DNA from: a virus
Taxonomy: Duplodnaviria > Heunggongvirae > Uroviricota > Caudoviricetes
Reading direction: 5' to 3' (one strand)
Virus record (IMG/VR): IMGVR_UViG_3300027710_001079
Location: 128,833 to 192,832 of that record
Length of the DNA: 64,000 bases
In this document: positions 1 through 10,117 of the stretch, one piece after another
Layout of the letters: each line of letters begins with the position of its first letter
Numbering within the stretch: the stretch's first letter is position 1
Translations under genes and position numbers: made by a program
Notes under the pieces: model-generated
What the model saw: only the letters and a program-made list of their open reading frames with translations
Told to the model about the DNA's origin: nothing
Databases searched by the model: none

Positions 1-418
1 GCGGAGTTGCTTCTTGAAAAGCAGTTGATTCCTGCTGTTTAAAATAAGACAGCACATCTTCATACTGCGTAATTTTAGGAAATGTCACAGTAAGTAAGTA
101 TCTATCAGTAGGGTGCAAACTAACTACCTGATGTTGCATTTGAGAATTAAACAAATACCAACGGTGTTTTTCGTATGCTAGTTCAGTTATATTATTAGTG
201 ATCCCCAATCTTTCTTCGTTATTGAACAACGTAAACGCTCGATAGTCATCTAGCACCATATTCATAGAGCATCCAATATCTTTATCTCTGTGCCAATTAT
301 AGATACTATTAGTTGAAAATTTATATAGTCGTAGTACAGGATAAAATTTTTTAGGAATACGTGATAAAAAAGGATCGTGTTTGATTAGGTGTTGGGGTAA
401 ATTTGTTGCCATGTTCAT
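1..418 (-). CDS. hypothetical protein; C-terminal part lies beyond the window start (partial)
   Basis: Hand translation of the minus strand. Open frame from ATG at 418..416 (MNMATNLPQHLIKHDPFLSRIPKK...) with no stop before position 1. In-frame upstream stop near 491..493. Confidence 0.4.
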   Translation of the reverse strand, partial: MNMATNLPQHLIKHDPFLSRIPKKFYPVLRLYKFSTNSIYNWHRDKDIGCSMNMVLDDYRAFTLFNNEERLGITNNITELAYEKHRWYLFNSQMQHQVVSLHPTDRYLLTVTFPKITQYEDVLSYFKQQESTAFQEATP

Positions 419-516
419 ATAAGGCACCCACTCCCATTCAGCCTTTGGCAAAAAATCAAAGACTTTATTCAATATGGTACAACTATTATCTAATTTGTAA
501 AAAAAGTTTTCTGTAT

Positions 517-1059
517 TCATTTTTTGATTGGTCTGTGCATTACTTGAAAAATAGGTTTGTACCCAACTGTTCTTGCAATAGTATCTGTCAACAGGTTATT
601 ATCTAGTCCCATAAAAGAAGTGACGCCGACTCTGCCATGAGACTTGCCAACAACATCAATAAGACTGTGCATTTTTTTGTAAATTCCTTTTTTTCTGTGA
701 CCATCGTTAGTAACTGCAAGTAATATATAAACACTTGATAGAGATTTTTGCAGGTCATAAAAAATACCAGCTACAACTTCATTTTCATCTTCTAATAAAA
801 TTGCACCGTCTATTTGAAATTTCCCCGGAATATGTATTCCTCCCGTGTCCAGGTATTTGTTGTACATATCTTTAAAAATTGATAATATCCTATTGTCACT
901 GATATCATCATTGTCGATATCTAAATCAATACTGAAACAATCATAATGATTAAACGTATACCTTTCGAGTGTTTCTAGTGGTGTTTTCTTAAAAAAGAAT
1001 TGCATATTGCTGTCCTTATAAATATTTATTATCATGTTCCTTGCACACAAAAATTCCAT
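517..1059 (-). CDS. GNAT-like N-acetyltransferase (putative)
   Basis: ORF-track 180 aa. Segment HRKKGIYKKMHSLIDVVG resembles GNAT motif A (R-x-x-G-x-G/A). Confidence 0.35.
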   Translation of the reverse strand: MEFLCARNMIINIYKDSNMQFFFKKTPLETLERYTFNHYDCFSIDLDIDNDDISDNRILSIFKDMYNKYLDTGGIHIPGKFQIDGAILLEDENEVVAGIFYDLQKSLSSVYILLAVTNDGHRKKGIYKKMHSLIDVVGKSHGRVGVTSFMGLDNNLLTDTIARTVGYKPIFQVMHRPIKK

Positions 1060-1861
1060 CGTTTCAAATTATTATGAGCCGCTACCGCAATTCCAAAATC
1101 GCACGGTGCTAGTTAATGACGGTGTGATTAAACTAGTATCTAATGTTTGCCCTCACCAAAAGAGTTTAATATCAACAACTTCGGGGACTGGTAATAGAAC
1201 ATGTCCTTACCATAGTTGGTCATTTGATCTTTCAGGAATTCCAGTAACATCTGGAAGAACTGCTCATTATTGCAAGAATGAGACTCCGTTGACTACTCAA
1301 CCTGTTTATGAATGGAATGGATTATTATTCAGTTCTCCAATTGATTTTGATGTAGATATTAATTTTAAAAATATGCAACTGGTCGAAAAAAGAATTGACA
1401 CAGTTTATAGCAGGCACGAAAACATTATTGATTTATTTTTAGATGTTGATCATATCCCCGGAGTGCATAGGGGAGTGTACGACAAGATTGGTATTTCTAA
1501 TATTGATAATATTGAATGGAAATATTTTAAAAATAGTAATGTACAGTATGTGTATAATGATCATAGAGAAATTAGTGCAGCATGGATTACCGTCTATCCT
1601 AATACAATGATTGAATGGCAACCTGGTGCATTGTTTATAACTGTAGTGCTTCCGTCTACTGACGAGTTATCTAAAGTGATTGTTTACAAATATAAAGATA
1701 CTGATTCGTCTAACGATTCATGGAAACTTAATGAAGAAGTTTGGGAAACAGCATGGTCGCAGGATAAACAGCAAGCAGAAATTATAACAGAATTTAATCA
1801 AGACAATCTAGAAGAATCAAAAATGCATTTTAGGTATTGGCTTAATGATCGAATTAATTAA
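1034..1861 (+). CDS. Rieske [2Fe-2S] non-heme iron oxygenase, alpha-subunit-like
   Basis: CPHQ...(17 aa)...CPYHSW is a Rieske CxH...CxxH motif. DVDHIPGVH matches the mononuclear-iron DxxHxxxxH motif of ring-hydroxylating oxygenases. Confidence 0.65.
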   Translation: MFLAHKNSIVSNYYEPLPQFQNRTVLVNDGVIKLVSNVCPHQKSLISTTSGTGNRTCPYHSWSFDLSGIPVTSGRTAHYCKNETPLTTQPVYEWNGLLFSSPIDFDVDINFKNMQLVEKRIDTVYSRHENIIDLFLDVDHIPGVHRGVYDKIGISNIDNIEWKYFKNSNVQYVYNDHREISAAWITVYPNTMIEWQPGALFITVVLPSTDELSKVIVYKYKDTDSSNDSWKLNEEVWETAWSQDKQQAEIITEFNQDNLEESKMHFRYWLNDRIN

Positions 1862-2756
1862 GGATAATTATCTTCGCGGAACCGGCCATGGTAATTCGTG
1901 GGTAGTAGAAATTGATCCTCCTAAGAGAAAAGTTAAATCTTATTTTGAAGAAACACTAATTGCCGCTGAATACATGTATGAAAATAAAAACGGAAATTTA
2001 TTTTTATTATACAGTGGAGGATTAGATAGTCAGTATGTTTTTAATATATTTTGCTATCTAGGTCTACCCTTTACTCCTGTTATTATTAGACTTACAAATA
2101 AATCTAAAACTGTTGATTATAACTATCACGAGACTCAGTACGCATATGCGTTTTGTAAAGAAAAAAATATAACTCCTAAAACAATATGGTTTGACTACGA
2201 CACGTTTGTTGATAGCGGAGAAATAATTGAAATTGCCGAAACTATATGTTGCGGATCATTTCATTTGCCCGCAACTATGAAAGTTGCAAAAATGCTAGAA
2301 GAATTTGTTGTGTTTGGTAATGATCCGCCTTATATGAAATGCAATAATAATGTATGGCAATTAGAAGAAACTGAAAAGATTCATAGCATTCTAAATTATT
2401 TTAAACATTATAATGTACCAGGTTGTCCTTTTTTATTGTCATTCACTCCTGAACTAATGTTAAGTTTTTTACTAGACCCTACTATGGTGAATTTAGCAAA
2501 TGGACAATTTCCCGGAAGGCTAGGTACAAACTCTACAAAGGTGCATGTGTTTAATAACGGGTCTGGGTTTAATATGCCGAATTACGACTTTGTAAATAAA
2601 ACACGAATTAAATCTACAGGATATGAATTTGTAAATGAACAATTTAAAATACAGCATCCTAATCTTTTTAAGTTTATAGAGCTAGAAAATAAATGGAATG
2701 GAATGTGGTATGAAGACTATCATACAATAGTTCCTAAACTATCAATATACCAATGA
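1845..2756 (+). CDS. PP-loop ATP pyrophosphatase family protein
   Basis: LYSGGLDSQYV is an SGGxDS PP-loop motif. Start overlaps the upstream stop (operon-like). Confidence 0.55.
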   Translation: MIELIKDNYLRGTGHGNSWVVEIDPPKRKVKSYFEETLIAAEYMYENKNGNLFLLYSGGLDSQYVFNIFCYLGLPFTPVIIRLTNKSKTVDYNYHETQYAYAFCKEKNITPKTIWFDYDTFVDSGEIIEIAETICCGSFHLPATMKVAKMLEEFVVFGNDPPYMKCNNNVWQLEETEKIHSILNYFKHYNVPGCPFLLSFTPELMLSFLLDPTMVNLANGQFPGRLGTNSTKVHVFNNGSGFNMPNYDFVNKTRIKSTGYEFVNEQFKIQHPNLFKFIELENKWNGMWYEDYHTIVPKLSIYQ

Positions 2757-3364
2757 CTTACAAATTAATAGAATACACAAATTTATCTTATCCAGATAAA
2801 GAAGACTTTTTTAAATTTTGTTATGAATGTTCATTGGAAGATCAACCGGCTGCTAAAAACATGTGGGAAGATGATTGGTATAATAAAACATATTCCTTAC
2901 CGTATCTATTAGAAATAGAAAAAAGATTTAATAGTCCTAACGGAGCTTTCTTTGTATTATTTGATAACAGTTCTATTGTTGGGTGTAGTGGAGTTTATAA
3001 AAGTTCATTTAATGATAGTATAAGCATTGCCGGAGTTAGAACGTGGACAAGTAAAATGCACAGACATGCAAGTGTTAATAGAGAATATTTTTTTCCTGCA
3101 GAAAAACAATGGGCAATTGATCACGGATACAAGGCTATAGCGTTAACCTTCAACGACTATAACAAAAATCTAATTGAAATTTTTAAAAGAAAAAGATTCG
3201 GCGAAACACTAGACAGGATTAATACTAGAGAACCTAAACATCTATTCTATTCAAATTTTAATCAAGTGCCGTTTGCAGTTGAAATACAGAAAACTCCGCA
3301 ATGGATTATATACGAAACACTAACTGATTTTAATTTTAACTGGGAAGAGATTCGTCATAGATAA
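2753..3364 (+). CDS. hypothetical protein (possible acyltransferase fold)
   Basis: ORF-track 203 aa. ATGA overlap with the upstream gene. No diagnostic motif. Confidence 0.4.
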   Translation: MTYKLIEYTNLSYPDKEDFFKFCYECSLEDQPAAKNMWEDDWYNKTYSLPYLLEIEKRFNSPNGAFFVLFDNSSIVGCSGVYKSSFNDSISIAGVRTWTSKMHRHASVNREYFFPAEKQWAIDHGYKAIALTFNDYNKNLIEIFKRKRFGETLDRINTREPKHLFYSNFNQVPFAVEIQKTPQWIIYETLTDFNFNWEEIRHR

Positions 3365-3953
3365 CGTACTCAGTGTAATGACTTTGAGACTTTTTAAGAA
3401 TCAAATCACTTTCTAACTGTTTTGTTTTTCCAAAATACATAATGAGTATTTTACTATGGCCCATGTACCAGTCAGTGCCGTGGGTCACTTTGTTATCCCA
3501 GTATGCCCATGTATTAGAGTCGTCTGGTAATTTTTGATATTGAATATTATTGTTGATATTGTAGTAAAATGTATCTCGTACATTATTGTCATATAACATC
3601 GACCTTACACTAACCGCAGTCGATTCCTGGTCTCTGTGCGGCAACACTCTGCCAAAACTAGAAACTGCTCTTACAATATCAACATCTATCGGTAACTGGT
3701 CTATGTTTTCAAAAATACAAGGAAATAGTTCTGGGCAATTTAAATTGATTGCTTTATAATGTGTTTCTTTTATAGAGTCAATACCGGGTTTAACATAGAT
3801 ATCAAAACCTCTCCATAATACTCCGTATTGATTGTGATTTTTCTCTACCTTATTTACAATTCGATTTTCTCTGTACCAAAGTTCCCACCATGCGTTCCAG
3901 TCAACAGGTTGTACGTAAGGAAATATTATAGGAGTTGATACTAGATTTTGCAT
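3336..3953 (-). CDS. hypothetical protein
   Basis: ORF-track 205 aa. Contiguous with the minus-strand operon. Confidence 0.4.
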   Translation of the reverse strand: MQNLVSTPIIFPYVQPVDWNAWWELWYRENRIVNKVEKNHNQYGVLWRGFDIYVKPGIDSIKETHYKAINLNCPELFPCIFENIDQLPIDVDIVRAVSSFGRVLPHRDQESTAVSVRSMLYDNNVRDTFYYNINNNIQYQKLPDDSNTWAYWDNKVTHGTDWYMGHSKILIMYFGKTKQLESDLILKKSQSHYTEYVIYDESLPS

Positions 3954-4579
3954 TAGTTGTATACTATATAATTTTTATATTTTTCAAAACTTCGCTGGAT
4001 CATTTCTAAGTGACGATGTTCATCTATTGGGCCTGCAAAAAACATTGTTATTTTTTTATATTTTGGGGGAACTAATAAGGAGCCGTGATATCCAATATGG
4101 TTATTAATCACAAACCAATCAGTTTCTTCGGGTAGTTCAGGATGCACTGGGTTGAACTCGCTAAACGGGCGTGTGTCGTACTGCGTAATTGTTGGATTAG
4201 TTGATTGAGGAAGGAGATAAAATGATTCTAATTTGTCTCGCATCACTAAGTTTTTATATGCAGTAGGTCCTAGAGAACTGTCTACAAGAGATTTAGCAAT
4301 AGGATCTTGATGAGGCCTATTGTACACAACCTGTTCTCTAAAATCTATATGTAGATTATTATCGTAATCTGTAAATGGAAGAGCTCTAAGACAAGTTTCA
4401 ATACCTGGAAAAATGTTAACTAGATCGGCATCAATAGGTTGATTGTATTTTTTAAAATTTACCCAATTCCAATCTTGATGGGGTTCTTTTTTTAAATTAA
4501 AATATTCAAGAACCTTATCTCTATCTAATGATAGCTTAGGTAAGTCTATAGGTAGGAATAATATATTTGTTAAGTCCAT
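3953..4579 (-). CDS. hypothetical protein
   Basis: ORF-track 208 aa. Overlapping start/stop with its neighbours. Confidence 0.4.
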   Translation of the reverse strand: MDLTNILFLPIDLPKLSLDRDKVLEYFNLKKEPHQDWNWVNFKKYNQPIDADLVNIFPGIETCLRALPFTDYDNNLHIDFREQVVYNRPHQDPIAKSLVDSSLGPTAYKNLVMRDKLESFYLLPQSTNPTITQYDTRPFSEFNPVHPELPEETDWFVINNHIGYHGSLLVPPKYKKITMFFAGPIDEHRHLEMIQRSFEKYKNYIVYN

Positions 4580-5982
4580 TGCCGGTTTACTACAGATTTT
4601 AATTTTTGTTTATAATCAGATATGAATTTATCTTTTCGGGCAAGTACTAAAGTTCTAAATTGATTAAATTTAAAATTTGAAACTTCTTCTCTTGAATAAC
4701 CCAGTGTATATAATGAACTTGCATAGAACCCTGACATAGGCCAAGTAGGTGACAAATACCTATTGAATTCTTTTGAAAGTTCTTGATGTAACAGATGATT
4801 ATTTTCAGGGTTTCCTGTTTCTTCCCATCCTAACAAATCTCCGGGAGCTAACCAAGGTTTCCTTGTTAGGTTATATTTTTCTGGATGTTTTCCAAACTCT
4901 GAATCATTTAAGATACGCAACCCTCTGAAGTAGCCTCTTACATAATTATGATCCTTGACCCATTGTACTGACTCTCTTATAGACTCTACTGGTTCTCCGG
5001 GAAGCCCTGATATAAAACTTCCCTCAATACCAACAGTATTATTCCAATGAGTTTCGGCTAATAACGGAATAAAGTCTTTAGCATGTTTTCCATTCCATCC
5101 TTTACCAATTCGTCTGCTAGCTAATGGATGAAAACTTTCAAGACCAAAGTAACATTGATCAAGACCACTCTCTAATAATACCTGATGATTCTTTTGACTC
5201 CATATTAGATCTAGTCGTAAAAATCCAGACCACTTCATTGTGTATCCTAGTCTTTCATTTATTTTTGCAAGATCAGCAATTTTGTCAGGATCTTCATTTA
5301 CTGTATCGTCTAACAGTACATAGTTAGTAGTCCCGAACATTTCTTTATTTCTTGAAATTTCATTTTCAATTAAAGACATATCTCGTATGTAAGATCCTTT
5401 TGCTTTTCCTAGATTAGGGTAAGTGCAAAAACTGCATTTAAATATGCAACCCCTTCCTAATTCTAATGGCAATGCTTCATTTGGCATTATGCAGTCATCT
5501 TCGTGAAATTGATGATCGTTAGTTTTTATATTAAAAAAAGAACCAGGCATGCTCAGACCCATGCTTTGTTCTTGGCACCATTTTAAAAATTGATCCTCAC
5601 CTTCTCCGGTAAAACAATGGTCGAAATGAGTATAATAATTAGTAGCATAAGGCCCACCTACAACAAATTTTAAATTTGGAAATTTTAATTTTAATTTTTG
5701 CATGGCCAATAAAATATTTAAAGGCGGGGTAGTAACTGGAGTAGTTGGAAAGAATACTGAAGACACTGCAACACATACAGTATCCTTGTTAATTAACGGC
5801 TCTGTAAATTCTATTAAAGATGCAGCATTAAACCATTGTAAAAAATCTATCACTTGACATTGGAATCGATTCTTTCTCATCCAATGAGCTAGTGCGTATA
5901 CTGCCATAGGCCTCTGAACTACTGGAGTCATTTCATCTCCTAGTCCCGGCCAGACTCCGCTCCAAAATACAATGTTTTTCAT
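4570..5982 (-). CDS. B12-binding-domain radical SAM enzyme (class B-like)
   Basis: GRGCIFKCSFC is a CxxxCxxC radical SAM cluster motif. The N-terminal ~120 aa look like a Rossmann-type cobalamin-binding domain. Confidence 0.6.
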   Translation of the reverse strand: MKNIVFWSGVWPGLGDEMTPVVQRPMAVYALAHWMRKNRFQCQVIDFLQWFNAASLIEFTEPLINKDTVCVAVSSVFFPTTPVTTPPLNILLAMQKLKLKFPNLKFVVGGPYATNYYTHFDHCFTGEGEDQFLKWCQEQSMGLSMPGSFFNIKTNDHQFHEDDCIMPNEALPLELGRGCIFKCSFCTYPNLGKAKGSYIRDMSLIENEISRNKEMFGTTNYVLLDDTVNEDPDKIADLAKINERLGYTMKWSGFLRLDLIWSQKNHQVLLESGLDQCYFGLESFHPLASRRIGKGWNGKHAKDFIPLLAETHWNNTVGIEGSFISGLPGEPVESIRESVQWVKDHNYVRGYFRGLRILNDSEFGKHPEKYNLTRKPWLAPGDLLGWEETGNPENNHLLHQELSKEFNRYLSPTWPMSGFYASSLYTLGYSREEVSNFKFNQFRTLVLARKDKFISDYKQKLKSVVNRQWT

Positions 5983-6008
5983 TACTTAATCTCTTTAAAT
6001 ATATGTGC

Positions 6009-6932
6009 TCAATCTGGTCGTTGATAGTATCGCAACGATTGCTTCGAAGTTTCTAATTCTTTTATAAACTCAAAATACGGTATTAGTACCGCAGTTTTTC
6101 TATATAAGTTTCCACCAGTTAGTTTTAATTTAGGATTCGACGGTTCATTTTTCATAAAAGGAACATGTTCCCAGCCACCATACTTTGGAAAATATATTAA
6201 TTCATCTTGCCAATACTTTCCGTAGATAATTGGCTTGATGTAAAAATCCCATCTATCAACACTGTCTAGATGGAAGTGTTCTTTATTTAGACCGTTGCCG
6301 TCGAAGTACTGATGTGTATACATTGCAGCCTTATAAACATCATCATTTAAAATGCTGTAAATGAACTCAGTAGGATCACCGTAGGGAATATACTTTCCTT
6401 TACGGTTCAATAGTTCCATTGCTCTTATTCTAGCTACTTCGGGACTATGCAACCCTTGATAAAAATAAAATTTTTCATCTTTTGTAATTCGAACAAACGG
6501 ATCATGAATCATTTGTATAATATCAGCATCATCAGGAAGCAGGCCAGTAAAAATACTTTGCATAATTTGAATAGGATGGATGGCCTCTTTCTCTGCCGTG
6601 ACCATAACTCGTTCTTCGTACTGCATCGGATCTAAGTCGATGACATCGATCCTAACTTGATATTTCTTTTTAACTAACTGAAGTTGTTGATATTCAACTT
6701 CGTTATATCCTGGCATATAAAAGAATACACAATCAATAGGTATGCCTTGGGTATAAAAGCTATGTAGCACACTTTGACTATCGACACCGGAGCTCATGCT
6801 TAAGATTAACTTATTGCTATTATTCGCCAATTCACGAGCACGGTAATCTGACTCTTCTCGCATGTTCCCCGGCACTCTAGTCAATGCTGGAAATTCTATA
6901 TAAAACTGATTGTTTTCAAAGCCATAGTTCAT
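6009..6932 (-). CDS. PP-loop ATP pyrophosphatase family protein (second paralog)
   Basis: LSMSSGVDSQSV is a variant SGGxDS PP-loop motif. Confidence 0.5.
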   Translation of the reverse strand: MNYGFENNQFYIEFPALTRVPGNMREESDYRARELANNSNKLILSMSSGVDSQSVLHSFYTQGIPIDCVFFYMPGYNEVEYQQLQLVKKKYQVRIDVIDLDPMQYEERVMVTAEKEAIHPIQIMQSIFTGLLPDDADIIQMIHDPFVRITKDEKFYFYQGLHSPEVARIRAMELLNRKGKYIPYGDPTEFIYSILNDDVYKAAMYTHQYFDGNGLNKEHFHLDSVDRWDFYIKPIIYGKYWQDELIYFPKYGGWEHVPFMKNEPSNPKLKLTGGNLYRKTAVLIPYFEFIKELETSKQSLRYYQRPD

Positions 6933-6989
6933 GATGGTATTTAAGTCAAAAAAATACCCGCCTAGGCGGGTATTGAATCTACAATCCTA

Positions 6990-8405
6990 TTACAGATCGT
7001 AGCGTGGAACCATGATGGTTTTCATCATGATACCTTCTGGAGTGAATTGATCAGTGTCCGCACTCAAGACCGCTTTCACGATGCTTGGGCTAAAACCACT
7101 AACCAATGCCGCTCCACGTGTGTCATATTTGACAGGCACGTTGTCGCTAGCGTTCAAGTTCCAGAACACAATGTTTGGAACATTGTATCCTGCGTCTGTG
7201 AACTTACGCTTGATCATCTGCATAGCAGAGTCATCGTACTTGGCACAGGCGTCGAACTGCATGTCGCTCAAGATCAACAGCATCTTTGGCATGTCTTCTT
7301 GTGGAACACTACCTTTAACAGCTACACTAAGGATCTTGTCCATAGCCTTAACCAAGTTAGTGTTCATGTCCCACTTAGACTTAACCATTTGTTCTGCCTT
7401 TTGAACCACATTACCCTTCAGAGTCAACAGTTCTGGAGAACCACTGAATGTTAGGAATGTGTCCTTGAACGCACCTTTGTTCTTATCAGCAAGGTACAAG
7501 CCCAAGCTAACAGCAACATCCATACAAGAGAAAGAACTTCCCTTACCTGCTGGTGTGCTCATAGAGCCGCTAACGTCTACCAAAGGTAGGATGCTAGCAT
7601 CGCCAACAAAGTTAGGCAGTGCTTCCCACTGTGCCACAATGTGGTCCAGTTCTGTCTTGCCAAAGTTGACGCCACCGTAGTGGTTAATCACGCCCTTCAA
7701 GACATCGTATGGGTAAACAGCACCAGCATTAACTTTAACACCTGCTTCGCCCTTTGCCAATTTAGCCACGTATTCCGCAAACTTTTCAGTATGGCGGCCG
7801 AAGGCCTTCTTGTAACGTGCTGCCGCAACGCTTGGCACGTGGTTGAAGTTGATGTTGTCCCAGTCGTTGGCACACATTTGTGTTTCAACAACATTAGTCA
7901 ACGCCACAAGACTCTTACGATATTGCTTAGGAGACATACCGAAGAAATCACGGATTTCAGCGGCAATCTTGCCCTTACGAGGAGTCCACTTTGCAGCCAA
8001 GCCATTGCGAGCACGAAGTGCATCGCCTAGCATAGTGAAAGCCTTGGCCTTCAATGCTTTAGACTCGAATACAAACAAGTCGTCCCAACGACCAAGTTCA
8101 GGGATCTTATCCATCAGAACTTCTGCGGCAGCTGGATCATTCTTTTCCAGGTACTTCAAGATGCTACGGAACAGTTCACGTTCACCAGAACCTCCACGGA
8201 CGTCACGAGCCCATTGTGCGACACGCAGGGCTAGATCTTTGTCTTCCACATAAGCGGCAACAAAGTCCTTAGTGATGTCCTTACCACGGCTTGCACCGAT
8301 CTTGAAGAACAGATCAACTACTGCGTTGGCAGTAGATTTACGAGCCTTCATGCCATTGGCAGTACGGGCTTCTTGGTTTTTAACGGCTTCTACAAATGCG
8401 TTCAT
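6990..8405 (-). CDS. rsr: Ro60/Rsr-like ribonucleoprotein (TROVE domain + vWA domain with MIDAS)
   Basis: N-terminus NGMKARKSTANAVVDLFFKIGASRG resembles the Ro60 TROVE entry motif. The C-terminal vWA has a LVDVSGSMS (DxSxS) MIDAS motif. 471 aa. Confidence 0.55.
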   Translation of the reverse strand: MNAFVEAVKNQEARTANGMKARKSTANAVVDLFFKIGASRGKDITKDFVAAYVEDKDLALRVAQWARDVRGGSGERELFRSILKYLEKNDPAAAEVLMDKIPELGRWDDLFVFESKALKAKAFTMLGDALRARNGLAAKWTPRKGKIAAEIRDFFGMSPKQYRKSLVALTNVVETQMCANDWDNINFNHVPSVAAARYKKAFGRHTEKFAEYVAKLAKGEAGVKVNAGAVYPYDVLKGVINHYGGVNFGKTELDHIVAQWEALPNFVGDASILPLVDVSGSMSTPAGKGSSFSCMDVAVSLGLYLADKNKGAFKDTFLTFSGSPELLTLKGNVVQKAEQMVKSKWDMNTNLVKAMDKILSVAVKGSVPQEDMPKMLLILSDMQFDACAKYDDSAMQMIKRKFTDAGYNVPNIVFWNLNASDNVPVKYDTRGAALVSGFSPSIVKAVLSADTDQFTPEGIMMKTIMVPRYDL

Positions 8406-8914
8406 TTTATTTTCCTTCAGGTTACAATTTTAAATATTAAAAAATGCTGTATATAACCTATACAACAGGATGGTCGGAACGGTATTTTATTTTCTGCTTG
8501 CCCCCATCCCCAGTACATCGGTTCAGTTCCACAAGCCTATCGACATTCATGTCGCCTATCTAGTAATTGTGTCTGCTACTAGAAACATAGTATGTCTTTC
8601 CATGCTGTCGTCTATTCCTTGAGCGTCTATTTCTAGAATAGTATTTCTACTATGTCCTGCGACCACTTTCTATAGCTGTAGTTCAGAGTTGATGTTTTAG
8701 TTGCTGTATCCATCCTAGGATATCAAACAGGTTAGTTGTTGACTGCTTTTATTTTACTCAGGCCATCACTCTGAGCTTGTTGGTCTATTTCAATAGACAC
8801 CTTCACAGCACTCGGGCGAACCTCTGTGCTCCAGCGTACTACCATAGGGTCCAACGATTCATAGTTAATGAATGTTGCTGTACCTAACCTTAAAAACTTA
8901 CTGTCTAAGCATTT

Positions 8915-8943
8915 ATTATATAGGATAAATGCTTCTATGTCAA
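8915..8943 (-). promoter_or_regulatory. consensus sigma70 promoter (TTGACA-17-TATAAT) driving a ~500-nt leader and rsr
   Basis: Minus strand reads TTGACAtagaagcatttatcctaTATAAT. -35 at 8938..8943, -10 at 8915..8920, spacer exactly 17. Confidence 0.6.
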
Positions 8944-8974
8944 CACTTTTTTAAACTTTGTTATCCAAAATACT

Positions 8975-9064
8975 TGGCAGTGGGTAAGAGATTCGAACTC
9001 TTGTGTCGCTTTCGCAACCTGCACCTTTCCAAGATGTGCCAATAAACCACTCTGGCAACCCACT
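8975..9064 (-). tRNA. tRNA-Ser: tRNA-Ser(GGA), type II
   Basis: Hand fold. Acceptor AGTGGGT/ACCCACT, 3-bp D stem, anticodon loop TTGGAAA, variable arm GTTGC-GAAA-GCGAC, T loop TTCGAAT, CCA encoded. 90 nt. Confidence 0.65.
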
Positions 9065-9067
9065 ATT

Positions 9068-9289
9068 TTATCGACGTTTTGGAGCTCCGATACGTGAAGC
9101 CTTGTTCCAATCGTAATCAACTCCGTCTGGACACTTGCCATCTTTAACAGAGTCTACTCCAAACATACCACATACTTCAAAATCTGTACCTGCGATAGTT
9201 ACAAACTCGTTCATATGCTTGGCAAGGTTCATTGCTTCAGCTAGTGTAAGCACTTTGAATGTTTCTTCTTTTCCTATTACTTTATACAT
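9068..9289 (-). CDS. hypothetical small protein
   Basis: ORF-track 73 aa between two tRNAs. Confidence 0.3.
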   Translation of the reverse strand: MYKVIGKEETFKVLTLAEAMNLAKHMNEFVTIAGTDFEVCGMFGVDSVKDGKCPDGVDYDWNKASRIGAPKRR

Positions 9290-9334
9290 TGTTAATTTTA
9301 CTTTCTTTTTCTCTCATTACAACAATATCAACAT

Positions 9335-9409
9335 TGGTCCCACCGACAGGAATCGAACCTGTATCTGAGACTTAGGAGGTCCCCGTTCTATCCATTGAAC
9401 TACAGCAGG
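9335..9409 (-). tRNA. tRNA-Arg: tRNA-Arg(CCT)
   Basis: Hand fold. D arm GTTC/GAAC, anticodon loop CTCCTAA, T arm ACAGG-TTCGATT-CCTGT, CCA encoded. 75 nt. Confidence 0.75.
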
Positions 9410-9916
9410 TTACAAAACTCTTTTTAATATTTTCTCTAATTTTAAACTTTCCGATCTTATGCTAATAATATTTTTAAATTGATCTGTAGAATTTACTACG
9501 GTATGCCAGCAATTATATGCATCAAAAATGCAACTGCCATTCTGCATACTCCACTGGTCAACTAATTTTGCATTATTTTCATGTAACAAAGGAATGTTAT
9601 TTTCCTGAAAATTATTATGGAAGGCACTAGTTGTATCAGCTATCTGGTCAAAAATTTCTATTGAAACATTTTCATGACCTATAGGAGACGTTACTAATGA
9701 CCAAATAGCTCCGGTACCATCTAGTCTTTGATCTTTATGTATTATATCCTTTGAGTTTGGGCCTAACCAAATAGAAAGAGTATATACATCATTGATTAAA
9801 TCTTCTAAGCCCAGCATTTTTAAATAAGGTGTAGAATCTACAACACCCCAAAAATTACCAACATTTGGATTTGGATGGAACGAAAATACTCTTTTTGTAG
9901 TTATTGGAATAAAATA
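9410..9916 (-). CDS. hypothetical protein
   Basis: ORF-track 9410..9985. The listed 5' end overlaps the tRNA at 9925..9999, so the start is moved to the internal Met (MYFIPITTKR). Confidence 0.4.
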   Translation of the reverse strand, partial: YFIPITTKRVFSFHPNPNVGNFWGVVDSTPYLKMLGLEDLINDVYTLSIWLGPNSKDIIHKDQRLDGTGAIWSLVTSPIGHENVSIEIFDQIADTTSAFHNNFQENNIPLLHENNAKLVDQWSMQNGSCIFDAYNCWHTVVNSTDQFKNIISIRSESLKLEKILKRVL

Positions 9917-9924
9917 CATAATTT

Positions 9925-9999
9925 TGGCCGGCCATGCAGGAATCGAACCCACACCGCTTGTTTCGAAGACAAGCATGATATCCATTTCACTAATGGCCG
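9925..9999 (-). tRNA. tRNA-Arg: tRNA-Arg(TCG)
   Basis: Hand fold. Acceptor CGGCCAT/ATGGCCG, perfect anticodon stem CTTGT/ACAAG, loop CTTCGAA, T loop TTCGATT, CCA encoded. Confidence 0.7.
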
Positions 10000-10117
10000 C
10001 AGTTGGTGCTCCAGGCTGGTAACGATCCAGCTTCTCATCCTTACCAAGGAAGTGTACTGCCTTTATACTACAGGAGCAAATCTTTTTCTTTTAAATATAC
10101 TTTAATTATACAACATT

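Noticed and set aside
7047-8253. Plus-strand ORFs (7047..7454, 7054..7404, 7459..7680, 7641..8030, 7843..8253) and minus ORF 7697..7894, all inside rsr
   Set aside because: Fully embedded in or antisense to a long motif-supported minus-strand gene. Translations are low-complexity (Ser/Thr/Leu/Ala-rich), typical of out-of-frame reads.
9410-9985. Listed 191-aa ORF extent
   Set aside because: Its first 23 codons overlap tRNA-Arg(TCG) (9925..9999). The start was moved to the internal Met at 9916 rather than rejecting the gene.
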